The position numbers and the translations under genes are program-made. This document shows positions 19,243 through 29,079 of a stretch of DNA of 64,000 nt, piece after piece. Below the pieces are notes generated by a model, which searched no databases, was not told the origin of the DNA, and saw nothing but the letters and a program-made list of their open reading frames with translations. Origin of the DNA: an uncultured archaeon (GTDB lineage Archaea; Iainarchaeota; Iainarchaeia; Iainarchaeales; 1-14-0-10-31-34); NCBI GenBank assembly GCA_964608675.1, contig CAZSOZ010000004.1:46376-110375 (forward strand), written 5' to 3'. The first letter of the stretch is position 1, and every line of letters starts with the position of its first letter.

Positions 19243-19637
19243 TTTAATCCTAGAAATGACTTTAATTTTTTGATTAAATTTTTTTCTTTGTATTCATGTT
19301 TATCTGCTTTAAACAAAGTGTTCTGCTCCAGTATAAATGAATCAAAAGGATGATTGTGAATTAATTTTGCTATTTTATGTTTTTTGTGTTCATGGTAATT
19401 TAGTTCGCTTAATAATGCCAGTGCTTTAATAGAGCTTTCAAATGAATTTTCTCCTGCTTCATGAAGTAAAGCAGAAACTTCAATTATTTCTGTGTCTGCA
19501 TTAATTCCTTCTGTAAGCCTTAACGCGTTTTCTCTTACTCTGTATGCGTGCTGTATTTTTTTTGGTTCAAATTCAGTTTTAATGCGTTCTTCTACTTTTG
19601 AAACAATTCCCATTTTTTTTTCACTCTCCTGTTTCAA
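19239..19637 (-). CDS. Degenerate HD-domain-like protein
   Basis: HAYRV...SALLHE...NH...KAD; HD dyad altered to HE. Confidence 0.6.
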   Translation of the reverse strand: MKQESEKKMGIVSKVEERIKTEFEPKKIQHAYRVRENALRLTEGINADTEIIEVSALLHEAGENSFESSIKALALLSELNYHEHKKHKIAKLIHNHPFDSFILEQNTLFKADKHEYKEKNLIKKLKSFLGLK

Positions 19638-20952
19638 ATCCTTTTGCAGTGCTTCTTTTAGTTATTTCTCCTTTAAGGTTTTTTGAAATCATTTTTTTTG
19701 CTTCTTCTTTTGAGTAATTTCCTAACAGCCATGCCAGTTTAATGAAAGCTGTTTCTGGAGTCATGTCTTCTGCAGGAATTACCCCTGCATTCAATAAATC
19801 TTTTCCTGTTGAATAAACATTCATATTAATTCTTCCATAGAATGCCTGTGATGCCATTACTACAACAGCTTTTTCTGATAATTTTTTTATTTCTTCAAAA
19901 ATTTTTTTGTTTTCCTGGCTGCCTTTTCCTCCGATTGGAGCATGCCCTAAACCTGTTCCTTCTAAAATTATTCCTTTGAATTCTTTTTTTTGATAGAATT
20001 CTAATTGTTTTGCATTGAAGTTTGGATGAATTTTAATTAAAGCAGTTTTTTCTTCCATTTTTGTTTTTAATTTTAATTCTTGTTCTTCTTTTTTTCTTTG
20101 ATAATCTGTTTTTAGGTATTCTATTTTTTTTGATTCAAAATTTATTCTTGCAACAGGGATATCGTTTATTGTTTTAAATGAATCTCTTCTGCTTGAATGC
20201 ATTTTTCTGCTTTTTGTTCCTGAAAGAATAACACAGTTGTCATCTGAAGAACTTTCATGCATGCATATTCCTATTCCTGTAAAATCTGTTCTTGCAATAA
20301 ATTCTGTTGCACAAATTAAGTTCATTGCTGCATCTGATGAACCTCTGTCAGAACTTCTCTGAGAGCCGACTAAAATCACTGGAATATTTAATCCGTCTAA
20401 CATAAAACTTAGTGCGCTGGCAGTATAATGCAAAGTGTCTGTTCCATGCCCTAAAATTATTCCTTTTGGATTGTTTTCTTTTATTTCTTTTTGTATTTCT
20501 TCTGCTATTTTTTTGTAGTCTTCAAATCTCATTTCCTCTGAAAGCAGTTCCATTACATTTTTTGTTTTAATGTTTGCTGTTTCCATTAATTCAGGAATGT
20601 TTGTGATTAATTTTTCTTGTTCAATGGCTGGAGAGACTGCTCCTGTTCTGTAATCAATTCTTGATGCAATTGTTCCTCCAGTGCTTAAAATCGAAATTGT
20701 TGGCAGGCCGTCAACCTGTATTGTTTTTTTTATTTCTTTTTTTGTTTCTTCTTTTATTTCTCCTGTTTTTTCAATTTTTTTTATTCTGTTTGTTGCTATT
20801 CCAATATTGTAGCCTGATTTAAGCTTTAAAGTCAAAGTTTTTTCGTTTTGCGATGGAAGAATTATTCCTGTGTATTCTTCGTTTTCAGTTAAAATTTTTA
20901 TTTCTTCTTTTTCTTTAAAAGAAAATTTTTCTTTTAATTCCTTTAAATCCAT
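19621..20952 (-). CDS. gatD: Glu-tRNA(Gln) amidotransferase subunit D
   Basis: KLKSGYNIG, STGGTIASRIDYRTG, HGTDT, SQRSSDRGSSD. Confidence 0.97.
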   Translation of the reverse strand: MDLKELKEKFSFKEKEEIKILTENEEYTGIILPSQNEKTLTLKLKSGYNIGIATNRIKKIEKTGEIKEETKKEIKKTIQVDGLPTISILSTGGTIASRIDYRTGAVSPAIEQEKLITNIPELMETANIKTKNVMELLSEEMRFEDYKKIAEEIQKEIKENNPKGIILGHGTDTLHYTASALSFMLDGLNIPVILVGSQRSSDRGSSDAAMNLICATEFIARTDFTGIGICMHESSSDDNCVILSGTKSRKMHSSRRDSFKTINDIPVARINFESKKIEYLKTDYQRKKEEQELKLKTKMEEKTALIKIHPNFNAKQLEFYQKKEFKGIILEGTGLGHAPIGGKGSQENKKIFEEIKKLSEKAVVVMASQAFYGRINMNVYSTGKDLLNAGVIPAEDMTPETAFIKLAWLLGNYSKEEAKKMISKNLKGEITKRSTAKGFETGE

Positions 20953-21004
20953 TTTCAATCAGTTAAATAAAAGACAAAAAAGTATTTTAATTAATTCTTT
21001 GAAT

Positions 21005-21727
21005 TTAATCAATTAATTCAAATGTAATTCTGTCTCTTTGGCTTCCTTTGTTTTGTCTTCCAAGAATTTTTATTTTTCCTATTTCTTTTGTGTTAGAGAC
21101 ATGGGTTCCTCCGCAAGGGCATTTATCTATTCCGGAAATTTCAATTACTCTTATCTCTTGGATTGCTTCAGGTAGTCTGAAAAACAACACTCTTCTTTTT
21201 TCGTCAACTTCACTTAAAACTGTTTTTTTGTCTTTGAAGGAAATTTCAATTGGAATGGCTTTTTCCACTATTTCATTGAATTTTTTTTCATAATCTTTCA
21301 GTATTTCTTCATCAAAGCGAATTGGATGAAAATCCATTCTGCTTGAATTTTCTCCAATTTGGTTTCCAACAGTTCTTGCTCCATGCTTGTCTAAAATGAG
21401 TGCAGATAAAAGATGCTGGGCGGAATGCATTCTCATATATTTATAGCGCAAACCCCAATCCAAAACTAATTTGACTTCACTGTTTTTTTCCGGTACTTCT
21501 CTTTCCAAAAAATGAAGTATTTTTCTGTCTCTTTTTTTTACTTCTTTCACTTTGCTTTCTTTTTCATTCCATTCAGTTTTTCCTTTATCTGAAGGCTGTC
21601 CTCCTCCTTCAGGATAAAAAATTGTTTTATCCAATTTAATCCATTTTTCTTGTGGATTGGATTCAATTACTTTTGCTTTTGTTTCTTTCAGATAACAGTC
21701 ATTTAAATACAATAATTTTGTTTCCAT
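21005..21727 (-). CDS. alaX: Alanyl-tRNA editing protein AlaX-M
   Basis: FYPEGGGQPSD, MRMHSAQH, CGGTH. Confidence 0.92.
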   Translation of the reverse strand: METKLLYLNDCYLKETKAKVIESNPQEKWIKLDKTIFYPEGGGQPSDKGKTEWNEKESKVKEVKKRDRKILHFLEREVPEKNSEVKLVLDWGLRYKYMRMHSAQHLLSALILDKHGARTVGNQIGENSSRMDFHPIRFDEEILKDYEKKFNEIVEKAIPIEISFKDKKTVLSEVDEKRRVLFFRLPEAIQEIRVIEISGIDKCPCGGTHVSNTKEIGKIKILGRQNKGSQRDRITFELID

Positions 21728-21785
21728 AAACAAACAAAAAAAGAAAATCAATTAATATTTAATCTTTTTCAAATTCAATTGATTT

Positions 21786-22469
21786 ATGAAATTAGCTGGA
21801 TTGTTTTCAGGAGGAAAAGATTCTTGTTATGCGGTAAACTGGGCAATAGAACAAAAACATGAAATGAAGGCATTAATTTCAATTGTTTCAGAAAACCCTT
21901 ACAGTTTTATGTTTCATACTCCAAACATTGATTTGACTTTTTTTCAGGGGCAAGCAGCAGGACTGCCGGTTATGTATAAAAAAACTTTGGGTGTTGCTGA
22001 AAAAGAATTGGATGACTTGAAGGCTGTATTGTCTGAAGCCAAACAAAAATTTGAATTAGATGGAATTACCACGGGGGCACTGGCTTCTTCTTATCAGAAA
22101 AAAAGAATTACATCAATTTGCTTTGATTTAAATTTAAAGTGTTTTTCTCCGTTATGGCAGAAAAACCAGTCTGAATACGTAAAAGAATTAATTCAAAAAA
22201 AATTTGAAGTATTGGTTGTAGGGGTTGCAGCAAAAGGCTTGGGAGAAAACTGGCTTGGAAGGATTTTAGATAAAAAAGCTTTAAGTGAATTAATTGATTT
22301 GGATAAAAAAATTGGCTTGAATACTGCAGGAGAAGGAGGAGAATATGAAACTTTTGTTTTGGATGCGCCTTTCTTCAAAAAAAAACTTAAGGTAGTTGAT
22401 TCAGTTAAACATTGGAAAAAAACTTCTGGTTTCCTTGAAATAAAAGAATTAAAGTTAGTGAAAAAATAA
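21786..22469 (+). CDS. dph6: Diphthine--ammonia ligase
   Basis: SGGKDS, SFMFH, PLWQ, GEGGEYETFVLDAP. Confidence 0.93.
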   Translation: MKLAGLFSGGKDSCYAVNWAIEQKHEMKALISIVSENPYSFMFHTPNIDLTFFQGQAAGLPVMYKKTLGVAEKELDDLKAVLSEAKQKFELDGITTGALASSYQKKRITSICFDLNLKCFSPLWQKNQSEYVKELIQKKFEVLVVGVAAKGLGENWLGRILDKKALSELIDLDKKIGLNTAGEGGEYETFVLDAPFFKKKLKVVDSVKHWKKTSGFLEIKELKLVKK

Positions 22470-22620
22470 ACAAAGCCGACATTTTTGAATAAGCAGGGCT
22501 TTGGATGAATTTAAATCCAAGTATTTCAGCCTGCTTTAAGAAAAACAGTTAAATCTCTTGAAGAAAAAAGAAAAGTCAAGGGAATAAAAATTAAAAGAAT
22601 TAAACCGAAATAAAATTATT

Positions 22621-22646
22621 TTTGATTAAACTTTTTCTAAAAGTTT
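22621..22646. repeat. Degenerate copy of the REP-like palindrome
   Basis: TTTGATTAAACTTTTTCTAAAAGTTT closely matches the reverse complement of 2114-2143. Confidence 0.6.
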
Positions 22647-23289
22647 ATTTTTTTGCTTTTTTCCAGTCATCCAAAAATTTTTGTATTCCTTTGTCTGTTA
22701 AAGGATGCTTAATCATTTTGTCTAATACATTGAAGGGAATTGTTGCTATGTCTGCTCCTGCCTTGGCTGATTCAATTACATGAATTGGATTTCTAATAGA
22801 TGCAGAAATTAATTCTGCTTCAATTTCAAAGTTTTCAAAGATTTCCATTGTTTCTCTTATTACTTCCATTCCTTTGTTGCCTGCATCATCTAGTCTTCCG
22901 ACAAAAACACTCACATAGCTTGCTCCTGCTTTTGCTGCCAATAAAGCCTGGTTTGCAGAAAAAATTAAAGTGCAGTTGGTTTTGATTGCTTTCTTTTTTA
23001 ATTCTTTGATTGCTTTTAATCCTTCTTCGTTCATTGCAACTTTTATTACAATGTTTTTATGTATTTTTGAGTATTCAATTCCTTCTTTTATTATGTCTTC
23101 TGCTTTTTCTGCTGTTGCTTCAACGCTTATTGGTCCGTCAACAATTTTTACTATTTCCTGTATTATTTGCTTGAAGGGCTTGTTTTCTTTTGCTATCAGC
23201 GAAGGGTTTGTTGTTACGCCGTCAACTATCCCCATTTCATAATATTTTTTGATTTCCTCTATATTTGCTGTATCAATAAAAACCTTCAT
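22645..23289 (-). CDS. tal: Transaldolase / fructose-6-phosphate aldolase family
   Basis: DTAN, GVTTNPS, VIK Schiff-base Lys, NCTLIFS, GRLDD, ASIR, HPLTDKG. Confidence 0.93.
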   Translation of the reverse strand: MKVFIDTANIEEIKKYYEMGIVDGVTTNPSLIAKENKPFKQIIQEIVKIVDGPISVEATAEKAEDIIKEGIEYSKIHKNIVIKVAMNEEGLKAIKELKKKAIKTNCTLIFSANQALLAAKAGASYVSVFVGRLDDAGNKGMEVIRETMEIFENFEIEAELISASIRNPIHVIESAKAGADIATIPFNVLDKMIKHPLTDKGIQKFLDDWKKAKK

Positions 23290-23360
23290 TTTTTTTCACC
23301 TTTTTGAATAAATTTTTAATTGGAAATCATTTTTAATTGTTCTTTTTTTTTGATTTTTTT

Positions 23361-24341
23361 TTATTCTGTACAATTTGTGCCTTTAGATTGTTCTACTGCA
23401 TAATTTTTTGTTCCTAATTCAAATTCTTTAAACTGCATTGTGTTTTCCCATTTATTTTTGCATTCAAATGCATACCTGCAGTCAGTACAATAATGTCTTA
23501 TCTGGCATTCAGTTATTTTGTTTTCCCCCACTGTTTCAGGGTCAATTGTAATGTCTTTTTTTTCTTCGTTTATTCTGCATTCGTATTCTGGTTCTCCGAA
23601 AACATTCACTGTAAATTCTTTTTCAATGAAACCAAAATTTAATCCGGTTATTTTTGTTTTAATCATGTATTCTCCTGGAGAATTTAATTGAATTTCCTGC
23701 TGTAATTTTTTTGTTTCTTTTGCTTCAATTTTTGTTCTTTCACTGTTTTCGGTTTTAATTTTTTCCTGTTTTTTTGTTCCTTCTTCAAAAAAAGCAATAA
23801 ATACAGTTGTTTCCATTCTTGCATAATTTTCTGCTGTATTTCCTGTGTTTGTTATAGTGCTTTCAATTTTAAGTTTTTCTGAATTAAAATAAAAATCATT
23901 ATTGTAAATGAATTTTTCCAGTTTTATTTGAGCAGGAATTTCTCCTAAATATATTTTGCAGAAATAAATTCCCTGCAGTTCTTCGCATCTTGTGCTTACA
24001 ATTGGATTCATTTCTTCGTTGAATAATGTTTTTTCTTTTGTCCATTCAATTTTTTGTTCGCAGTCAGAGTTTTCCGAACAGCAATAATTGTATGAATTGC
24101 ATTCAAATTCAATAATTGTGTTTTTTGTTTCAAAATCTTTTTTGGTTAAAAGAATTCCTTTTGAAAATTTTATGTTGTATTTTGCTTTGAATTCCCCTAA
24201 ATTTTTTTTTGAATGCTCTAACTGGATTTTAATAATGTTTACTGTTTCTTCTTTGGGGAATGCAGCAGAAAAAAGGCTGATTAAAATGAATACAAGGTAA
24301 AGCACAACAATAAATCCTATTACTATTTTCATTGCATTCAT
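23361..24341 (-). CDS. Membrane-anchored extracellular protein with an Ig/CARDB-like region
   Basis: N-terminal TM, ITNTGNT, PGEY, paired Cys. Confidence 0.65.
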   Translation of the reverse strand: MNAMKIVIGFIVVLYLVFILISLFSAAFPKEETVNIIKIQLEHSKKNLGEFKAKYNIKFSKGILLTKKDFETKNTIIEFECNSYNYCCSENSDCEQKIEWTKEKTLFNEEMNPIVSTRCEELQGIYFCKIYLGEIPAQIKLEKFIYNNDFYFNSEKLKIESTITNTGNTAENYARMETTVFIAFFEEGTKKQEKIKTENSERTKIEAKETKKLQQEIQLNSPGEYMIKTKITGLNFGFIEKEFTVNVFGEPEYECRINEEKKDITIDPETVGENKITECQIRHYCTDCRYAFECKNKWENTMQFKEFELGTKNYAVEQSKGTNCTE

Positions 24342-24592
24342 TTTCTTTTTCTCCTTGTTTTTGTTATTCCTGCTTCTTTTCTGTAAACCAATAAAAGCAG
24401 TTTTCTTAAAACATAACTTATTCCAAACACTATAATCAAAAGAACAACTGCTTTATCCCATTCTCCTGATTTAAAAAAATAATCCCTGAATTTCCCTAAA
24501 TAATCACCGAAAAAAATCATGCCGTATGCAGCTAAAACAAATGCCGTCAAAAAAATTATTGTCCTGAACGAAAAAAGAATTTTTGAATTCAT
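24338..24592 (-). CDS. Small two-TM membrane protein
   Basis: Two hydrophobic stretches; ATGA overlap with the next gene. Confidence 0.65.
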   Translation of the reverse strand: MNSKILFSFRTIIFLTAFVLAAYGMIFFGDYLGKFRDYFFKSGEWDKAVVLLIIVFGISYVLRKLLLLVYRKEAGITKTRRKRK

Positions 24593-24629
24593 TATTTTAT
24601 TAAGGCTTTTTTAGTATTAATACTTTTTC

Positions 24630-26477
24630 TTATTTTTCTTTGGTTATTGTTTTTTGTTTTACGTACATTTTTTTGATTTCTTTTTCGGTTGTTGCTTGTT
24701 CTGCTTTTTTGTCTGTCCTTATTGAAATCATTCTGGGAAACCTTAATGCAAGTCCTTTGCCTTCTTTTCTTGCAGTCAAATGAACAGGACTTTTTGTTAT
24801 TTCATCTGCTCTTATTTCAATAACATATTTTGGTTCCACCCAGTAATCAGGCTTTAATTCTGATTCAACTCTTGCAGGCTTTTTTTTTGAAGAAATTTTT
24901 TTAAGCAGTTTTTCTAATTCAACTAATTGTTTTTCGCTTAATCCTGTTCCAATTTTTGCCACACTCTTAAACAGGTCTTCTTTTTCTGCGTACACTGCAG
25001 TAAGCAGTGCGCCTAAACCGAATTCAGTTCTTTTTCCTTTTCCAGTATAATATCCTATTATTACGCCGTCGATGGAATCAGTTAATTCTCCTTTATAGCT
25101 TCTTTTTAATTTAATCCATGCAAATTTTCTTGCTCCTGCAATATATTTCGCATTCAAATCTTTTGCAATTATTCCTTCAAGTCCTTTTGAAATATTTTCA
25201 TCAAAGAATTCATCAACTTTTTTTGAGGAATCAGTGTTAATTGATTTTGTTAAGGAAATTATTTTTCCTTGTTGAATTAGTTTTTCAAGTTTTTTTCTTC
25301 TTTCAATAAAGGGTTCTTCCATTAAATTTTTTTCTTCAAGCATCATTAAATCAAATACAAACAATTTTAACGGAAATTCTTTTGCTTTGTTTTCTATTCC
25401 GTATTTTCTTTTTCTTTGTATTGTAAGCTGAAATGAAAGAAATTCTCCTGTAATTTCATTGAAAGCAATTGCTTCTCCTTCAAAAATTGCTTTTTCTGCT
25501 TTAATTTGTTCTTTTATTGCTTTAACTATGTCAGGAAACATTTCAGTCATGTTTTCTGACTGCCTTGAATAAATCCATACTTTGTCTTTGTTTTTATGGC
25601 ATTGAATTCTGAAACCGTCATATTTTGCTTCTACTGCACATTTTCCTAATTTTTTTATTATTTCTTCTGATGAATTAAGTCTTTCTGCAAGAGTGGGTCT
25701 GATTGGAATTCCTGCAGTAATTTGAATTTCCTTTAATCCGTTCAATCCTTTTTTTTTTAAGATTTCTGCAATTGAACCTAAATCAGAATAAATGTTATAT
25801 TTTTCTTCTATTTTTTCTCTTAATTTTAATTTAATTCTTCTTTTGAATTCTTCTTTCCAGATTTTTTCTTTTATTTTTTTTTCTTTCATTTCTTTTTCTG
25901 TTTTTTTTATCCACTCCTGTTTTTGTTTTCCTTCTTCAAGAAGGTTTCCTGCCAATGAATCCATTATTGTTGGATCTCCTATTCCCAGCCTTAAGTTTTC
26001 CAGAGGAATTCTTGCAATATATTTTGCTTCTGTTCCTCCTGCAGAATTAAATAATTCTGCCATTAATTTTAGTTTTAGTTCTCTTGAACCTGTTCCTTCT
26101 ACTCTTGAAATTTTAAGAAAGTTTTCAAAAACCTTGTTTACAGTCAATTGGCTTGAAAATAAAGCCGACTGTTTTTTTTGTTCACAGAATTCTTCTGCAG
26201 TTAACCCTAAATCTCCTTTTTCTCTGAATTTTTTTTCTATTTCTTTTTTTGTGAAGCCGGTTGATTTAGCTAAAGCTTCAACCACCATTTTTTCTCCTAT
26301 TCCGGATTCAATTTTTTCATAATTTGCTCCAAGTTTTCCCTGGCATAAAAAAACAATTTTTTTTATGTTGCTTTCATTTGTTTTTTTTAGTAATTCAGCA
26401 AGCAGTTTGGTCATTTCAAGCCTTGAAGGAGTTTTTTCTATTTTATCAAAATAAGCGCTTAATTCTTTGAATTCCAT
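24630..26477 (-). CDS. lig: ATP-dependent DNA ligase
   Basis: EAKYDGFR, EGE, FDLM, EGIIAK, WIKLK, LRFPR. Confidence 0.97.
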   Translation of the reverse strand: MEFKELSAYFDKIEKTPSRLEMTKLLAELLKKTNESNIKKIVFLCQGKLGANYEKIESGIGEKMVVEALAKSTGFTKKEIEKKFREKGDLGLTAEEFCEQKKQSALFSSQLTVNKVFENFLKISRVEGTGSRELKLKLMAELFNSAGGTEAKYIARIPLENLRLGIGDPTIMDSLAGNLLEEGKQKQEWIKKTEKEMKEKKIKEKIWKEEFKRRIKLKLREKIEEKYNIYSDLGSIAEILKKKGLNGLKEIQITAGIPIRPTLAERLNSSEEIIKKLGKCAVEAKYDGFRIQCHKNKDKVWIYSRQSENMTEMFPDIVKAIKEQIKAEKAIFEGEAIAFNEITGEFLSFQLTIQRKRKYGIENKAKEFPLKLFVFDLMMLEEKNLMEEPFIERRKKLEKLIQQGKIISLTKSINTDSSKKVDEFFDENISKGLEGIIAKDLNAKYIAGARKFAWIKLKRSYKGELTDSIDGVIIGYYTGKGKRTEFGLGALLTAVYAEKEDLFKSVAKIGTGLSEKQLVELEKLLKKISSKKKPARVESELKPDYWVEPKYVIEIRADEITKSPVHLTARKEGKGLALRFPRMISIRTDKKAEQATTEKEIKKMYVKQKTITKEK

Positions 26478-26558
26478 AATAAAAATTACTTCCAATATCT
26501 TTAATGCTTTTGCTTTAAAAGCTTTTTTTAATGCTTTTTTATATACTGAAATTTTTTT

Positions 26559-26718
26559 GGGGCTGTGGTGTAGCCTGGTCTAGCATTGCGGCTTTGGGGC
26601 AAACTTTTTTTACAAAAAGTTTGAAAAATGGTTTTTGTTTTTTACAAAAACTTATTTTTTATTAATTTAAAGGTTTGCAAATTAGCCGTTGACCCCGGTT
26701 CAAATCCGGGCAGTCCCA
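26559..26718 (+). tRNA. tRNA-Pro(TGG) with 85-nt intron (26599-26683) at position 37/38
   Basis: GGGGCTG/CAGTCCC acceptor stem; GCGGC-TTTGGG|A-GCCGT; canonical bulge-helix-bulge (TTTG pairs with CAAA, then CAAAC/GTTTG). Confidence 0.93.
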
Positions 26719-26734
26719 ATTATTTTTTTTTTAG

Positions 26735-27358
26735 TTAAATTATTTTTATTTGGCTTAAAATTGGTTCACCGTTTTTTTCTTCAACTAAAATAGGGTAATT
26801 TCCTTTTTCAAGTCCTTTTACTGTTATTGTTGTTTTATAACTGCATTCACACGGCCATATTTCTTCAGGAGGAGCTCCAATTGGACCGTAAATAAATTTA
26901 TCTGAATCAATTGTTTCTTCTTCGTAAACTGTAATTATTCCATCTGGATCCATGTAAGCATTAACGCTTACTTCTGATGCCTTGCAGTATTTTTTTGCAT
27001 AAAATTCTATTTCAAGTGCATTTTTTTTTACTGAAATTTTTGGTTCTGCATTAATTTCTTCTTCTGTTGGATTTCTTTCATCTGGAACAAAAGCATTATC
27101 AATTATTTCCCCTAAACAGCCTGTTGTTTTCATTTCAAAAGTCAAAGGAATATTTTCTTTTGTTGGGTTTTTGTCGTCTGGTTCCGGAAGGGGAGCGTCA
27201 GGAACCTGCAAATAAAAATCTTCGGTGTCTTCATAAAATCCCTGGTTTTTTAAGTCTTCAGCTTGAGGTTCAGTTAAAGGAAACTGTGAAACAAGCACTG
27301 CAACAACAAGGATTACAGATAAAATTATTCCTGCATAATGCTTTGAATTTAATTCCAT
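26735..27358 (-). CDS. Membrane-anchored hypothetical protein
   Basis: N-terminal TM, acidic body, YC...CEC; ATG at 27358. Confidence 0.7.
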   Translation of the reverse strand: MELNSKHYAGIILSVILVVAVLVSQFPLTEPQAEDLKNQGFYEDTEDFYLQVPDAPLPEPDDKNPTKENIPLTFEMKTTGCLGEIIDNAFVPDERNPTEEEINAEPKISVKKNALEIEFYAKKYCKASEVSVNAYMDPDGIITVYEEETIDSDKFIYGPIGAPPEEIWPCECSYKTTITVKGLEKGNYPILVEEKNGEPILSQIKII

Positions 27359-27411
27359 GAATAAATTAGAGGAAACTAAGATATAAATTTTTTGGTTTTT
27401 TGTTTTTATTG

Positions 27412-27963
27412 ATGATTTCAGATTTAGTGAATTCAACTCAAAAAATAATGAAAGCTTTTCAAAAAAACGATTTAGTTAAGTTAAGGCAGTTAAGCAATAA
27501 TTTAATTGAACAGGCATCTCTTGAATCAGATGATGTTCTTGCACAGCTTTCTTTGATTTCTTATTCTTTGCAGAAACTTTTATCAAAACCCCACATAATT
27601 AAAACAGAGAAATGGAATAAAGTTAAATCCACAATAATGCTTTCTTTAAGCAAAGCAGTAAATCATTTAAAGAAAAAAAATTTAATTGGATTCAAAAAAG
27701 AGCTTAATGCTATTTCAGAAAAAGTCTTAGAAGTTGATTCTTCGATGGGCCGTTATATTGCAAACATTTATGAGAAAGCAAAAATAAAGCAGGCTTCAAG
27801 AGCTTATGCTTTTGGTTTAAGTTTAATGCAGGCAAGGAATTTGACTGGCGCAGACGAAAAAGAACTGCTTTCTTATATTGGAGCAACAAAAATTCATGAA
27901 GAAAAAACCATTAAAGGAATAAAGGAAAGAAAAAAATTATTGGAAGGGATTTTTAGTGAATGA
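27412..27963 (+). CDS. Hypothetical helical protein, co-transcribed with the PIN gene
   Basis: Long ORF; KAKIKQASRAYAFGLSL..YIGATK looks like a conserved C-terminus. Confidence 0.7.
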   Translation: MISDLVNSTQKIMKAFQKNDLVKLRQLSNNLIEQASLESDDVLAQLSLISYSLQKLLSKPHIIKTEKWNKVKSTIMLSLSKAVNHLKKKNLIGFKKELNAISEKVLEVDSSMGRYIANIYEKAKIKQASRAYAFGLSLMQARNLTGADEKELLSYIGATKIHEEKTIKGIKERKKLLEGIFSE

Positions 27964-28633
27964 AATAATTTTTGATTCCAGTTCAATTATTTCTGTTTCT
28001 CAGAATTGTTTAATGAAAGTACTGGAAAATTTATCCAAAAAAACAAGCAGTTCTTTTATTATTCCTAAAAGCGTGGAATTCGAGTCAGTAATCAGGCCCC
28101 TGAAAATAAATAAATTTGAATTAAATGCTCTGAGAATAAAGAAAGCAATTGAATTAGGCTGGCTTAAGACTGAAGAAACTGAAGTGGATTCATCAAAAGT
28201 AGAAGCTTTTGCAAACAACATTTTTTTTTCTGAAAACAAGCCGGTAAAAATAATCCACAAAGGAGAAGCAGAAACAATTGCTTTATACAAAAAACTTAAT
28301 GCTTCAGTTCTTGTAATTGATGAAAGAACTACCAGAATGTTGATTGAAGAACCAAAAAACCTTCAAAAAAAACTGAGGTTCAATTACAAAAAAAACATTA
28401 AATTGAATAAAACTAATTTGAATAAATTTTCTTCTTTTACAGGAAAAATCAATATAGTGCGTTCTGCTGAATTAATTGCTGAAGCTTTTGATTTGGATTG
28501 TTTTAAAGGAGAATTAGAAAATTCTGCTAAAGCTCTTGAAGCATCTCTTTATGCATTAAAATTCAACGGCTGTTCTGTTTCAATTAAAGAAATAAAAAAT
28601 TATTTGAATAAAAAATCAAGTGCAGTTAAATGA
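27956..28633 (+). CDS. PIN-domain protein
   Basis: IFDSSSII, VEFE, GEAETIAL, IDERTTR. Confidence 0.8.
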   Translation: MNEIIFDSSSIISVSQNCLMKVLENLSKKTSSSFIIPKSVEFESVIRPLKINKFELNALRIKKAIELGWLKTEETEVDSSKVEAFANNIFFSENKPVKIIHKGEAETIALYKKLNASVLVIDERTTRMLIEEPKNLQKKLRFNYKKNIKLNKTNLNKFSSFTGKINIVRSAELIAEAFDLDCFKGELENSAKALEASLYALKFNGCSVSIKEIKNYLNKKSSAVK

Positions 28634-29079
28634 AGATATCTAAAGTAGTAAAAGAAGATTTTGATGAAATAAGTTGTTTGGTAAAAGAGGAATTTCCTTA
28701 CACGAAAAAAAAAATGAATTCTGTTGAAAGAAGAATAAAAGATGGAAGCATTATTTTTACTGCACAAGAAAACAATTTTTTTTTGGGTTTTATTGAATTT
28801 AAAGTAATTTCTTCTTCTGCAAAACTTTTGGGGCTTGCAGTAAAAAAAGAATTCAGAAAAAAAGGAGCAGGCAAAAAACTTTTTGATTTTCTTATTGATT
28901 ACTCTAAAAAAAATAATTTGAAAAAAATTTTTCTTTTGGTTAAAGAAGACAACCTTAAAGCAAAAAAACTTTATAAATCAAAAAATTTTATTAAAACAGG
29001 TTTTTTACAGAAAAAAATTGAAGGTTCAAAAATAGAAAAAAGGGAATTAAATTTAACTCCTTTTAAGGGGTTAAGTTAA
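28630..29079 (+). CDS. GNAT acetyltransferase (RimI-like)
   Basis: LAVKKEFRKKGAG, NLKAKKLY..F. Confidence 0.88.
   Translation: MKISKVVKEDFDEISCLVKEEFPYTKKKMNSVERRIKDGSIIFTAQENNFFLGFIEFKVISSSAKLLGLAVKKEFRKKGAGKKLFDFLIDYSKKNNLKKIFLLVKEDNLKAKKLYKSKNFIKTGFLQKKIEGSKIEKRELNLTPFKGLS

Noticed and set aside
25830-25950. Intein in DNA ligase
   Set aside because: The insertion is only about 40 charged residues with no intein terminal motifs.
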